From positions 1-50,011 of the forward strand of contig CAZZZY010000001.1 of assembly GCA_964658545.1 (NCBI GenBank): 50,011 nt of DNA, written 5' to 3'. The notes under the pieces are model-generated. The model saw only the letters and a list, made by a program, of their open reading frames with translations, searched no databases and was not told where the DNA came from. Below, in pieces: positions 48,934 to 50,011 of the stretch. This DNA is from an uncultured Acetobacteraceae bacterium (lineage in GTDB: Bacteria; Cyanobacteriota; Cyanobacteriia; Cyanobacteriales; Nostocaceae). Numbering within the stretch: position 1 is the first letter of the stretch; each line of letters opens with the position of its first letter. Both the position numbers and the translations under genes were made by a program.

Positions 48934-50011
48934 ATGAACGACAACACCCCCAACCTTTACCCGAATAACCTCACACCTGCCGAGTACCACGAACTTGCCG
49001 CTAAGAGCGCCATCCACCCCGCGCTGATCGATCGCAATTTCATCCACATCGTAGGAGAAGTAGTTTTCTCTTACCTGTTCATCTCCAATGCCATCCCCCG
49101 CAAAAACGCCGGGAGAGTCACGGATGGCTTCTTAAAGCAGTACCAGCACGCCTCAGAGGGGGGATTATGGATTAGCGGACTTGACCCCCTTAATAATTGG
49201 CAACCGATGGAATGGGGGCGATTTAAGCCTTCCCTACCCCGGATTGATTCAGAAAAAGGCAAACTTGTCAAGTACGAATCACCGCCCAAAACGCCCAACC
49301 GTGTCACCTACTTCGATATTCCCGACTGCATTTGGGATTTAGTAGCGCAACGGTACAATATCTTGCGGTATCATTCCCCCCTAGCGCTGCGCTTGCAAGA
49401 TAGGCTTAATCCGCGCTTATTTTGGGAGTGGGTGCAGCGACACCCAGAAATCCCCATAATCCTGTGTGAAGGCGAAAAGAAAGCTGCTAGCTTGTTAAGT
49501 CTTGGGTTTGTGGCGATCGCCCTCCCTGGTATTTGGAACGGACGGGTTGGTAAAAAAGACTTTGACGAACGCCTGCACCCCGATTTAATGCCTATAGCAC
49601 AAAAGGGGCGCAAATTTATCATCCTCTTCGACCACGAAACAAAACTTAAAACTCGTTGGTCAGTCTTCCAAGCCACCGTGCGTACTGGCAAGACAATTGA
49701 GGCTGTTGGTTGTCACTGTGAGGTAGCATTGCTACCAGGGCCAGAAAAAGGCGTAGATGATTTTGTTGTTGCCCGTGGCGAAAAAGCCGACGAGTTACTG
49801 AGTGCGATCGTTGATGATGCCAAAAGCCTTAAAGATTACCAGCGCTCTTACTTCCAGAAACACCGGGGACTAAGCAGCAAATACAAACCACATATTACAG
49901 TAAATGTCAAGTATCTAACTCAAGCCTTGGACGTTCAAGATTTAGAGGAAGAATCCCTTAACAGTCAGGGAGTTCGTGTTAATGAGCAATTCCCCCACAG
50001 TCCCCAACCCC
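48934..50011 (+). CDS. Plasmid replication protein, N-terminal DUF3854 (Toprim/primase-like) part, 3' partial
   Basis: Open from ATG 48934 to the window end: MNDNTPNLYP..KYESPP..ILCEGEKKAASLLSLG..ILFDHE..KGVDDF. Confidence 0.88.
   Translation, partial: MNDNTPNLYPNNLTPAEYHELAAKSAIHPALIDRNFIHIVGEVVFSYLFISNAIPRKNAGRVTDGFLKQYQHASEGGLWISGLDPLNNWQPMEWGRFKPSLPRIDSEKGKLVKYESPPKTPNRVTYFDIPDCIWDLVAQRYNILRYHSPLALRLQDRLNPRLFWEWVQRHPEIPIILCEGEKKAASLLSLGFVAIALPGIWNGRVGKKDFDERLHPDLMPIAQKGRKFIILFDHETKLKTRWSVFQATVRTGKTIEAVGCHCEVALLPGPEKGVDDFVVARGEKADELLSAIVDDAKSLKDYQRSYFQKHRGLSSKYKPHITVNVKYLTQALDVQDLEEESLNSQGVRVNEQFPHSPQP

Noticed and set aside
49071-49691. Minus-strand ORFs near the right end
   Set aside because: Antisense to the DUF3854 rep ORF, which the ORF track omitted because it has no stop within the window.

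Overview
This looks like an essentially complete ~50 kb plasmid of a filamentous (Nostocales-like) cyanobacterium. HIP1 octamers (GCGATCGC) are frequent, and the CyRepA1-type replication gene is split across the two ends of the window. Backbone: two candidate replication genes with a repeat-rich putative origin, three partition ATPases (two ParM-like, one ParA), a MobV relaxase, a tyrosine recombinase and an operon ending in an FtsK/TraB-like ATPase. Cargo: (i) a ~17 kb defence island containing a long prokaryotic Argonaute with an intact DEDD tetrad, coupled to a Cas4-like Fe-S nuclease; a divergent XRE + ImmA/IrrE regulator pair with two palindromic operators; and a DISARM-like cluster (drmD, a broken sacsin-ATPase/HNH gene, drmA, drmB, a C5 methyltransferase, no drmC); (ii) a minus-strand array of 27 tRNA-like genes, including a CUA (amber) anticodon tRNA and a tRNA-Gly interrupted by a short mobile repeat, preceded by an HNH gene with a long structured attenuator-like leader; (iii) a tnpB-only IS200/IS605 element, Fic, nucA/nuiA, a GNAT pair and two small membrane peptides with duplicated leaders. 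All calls come from manual motif reading; no database searches were run.
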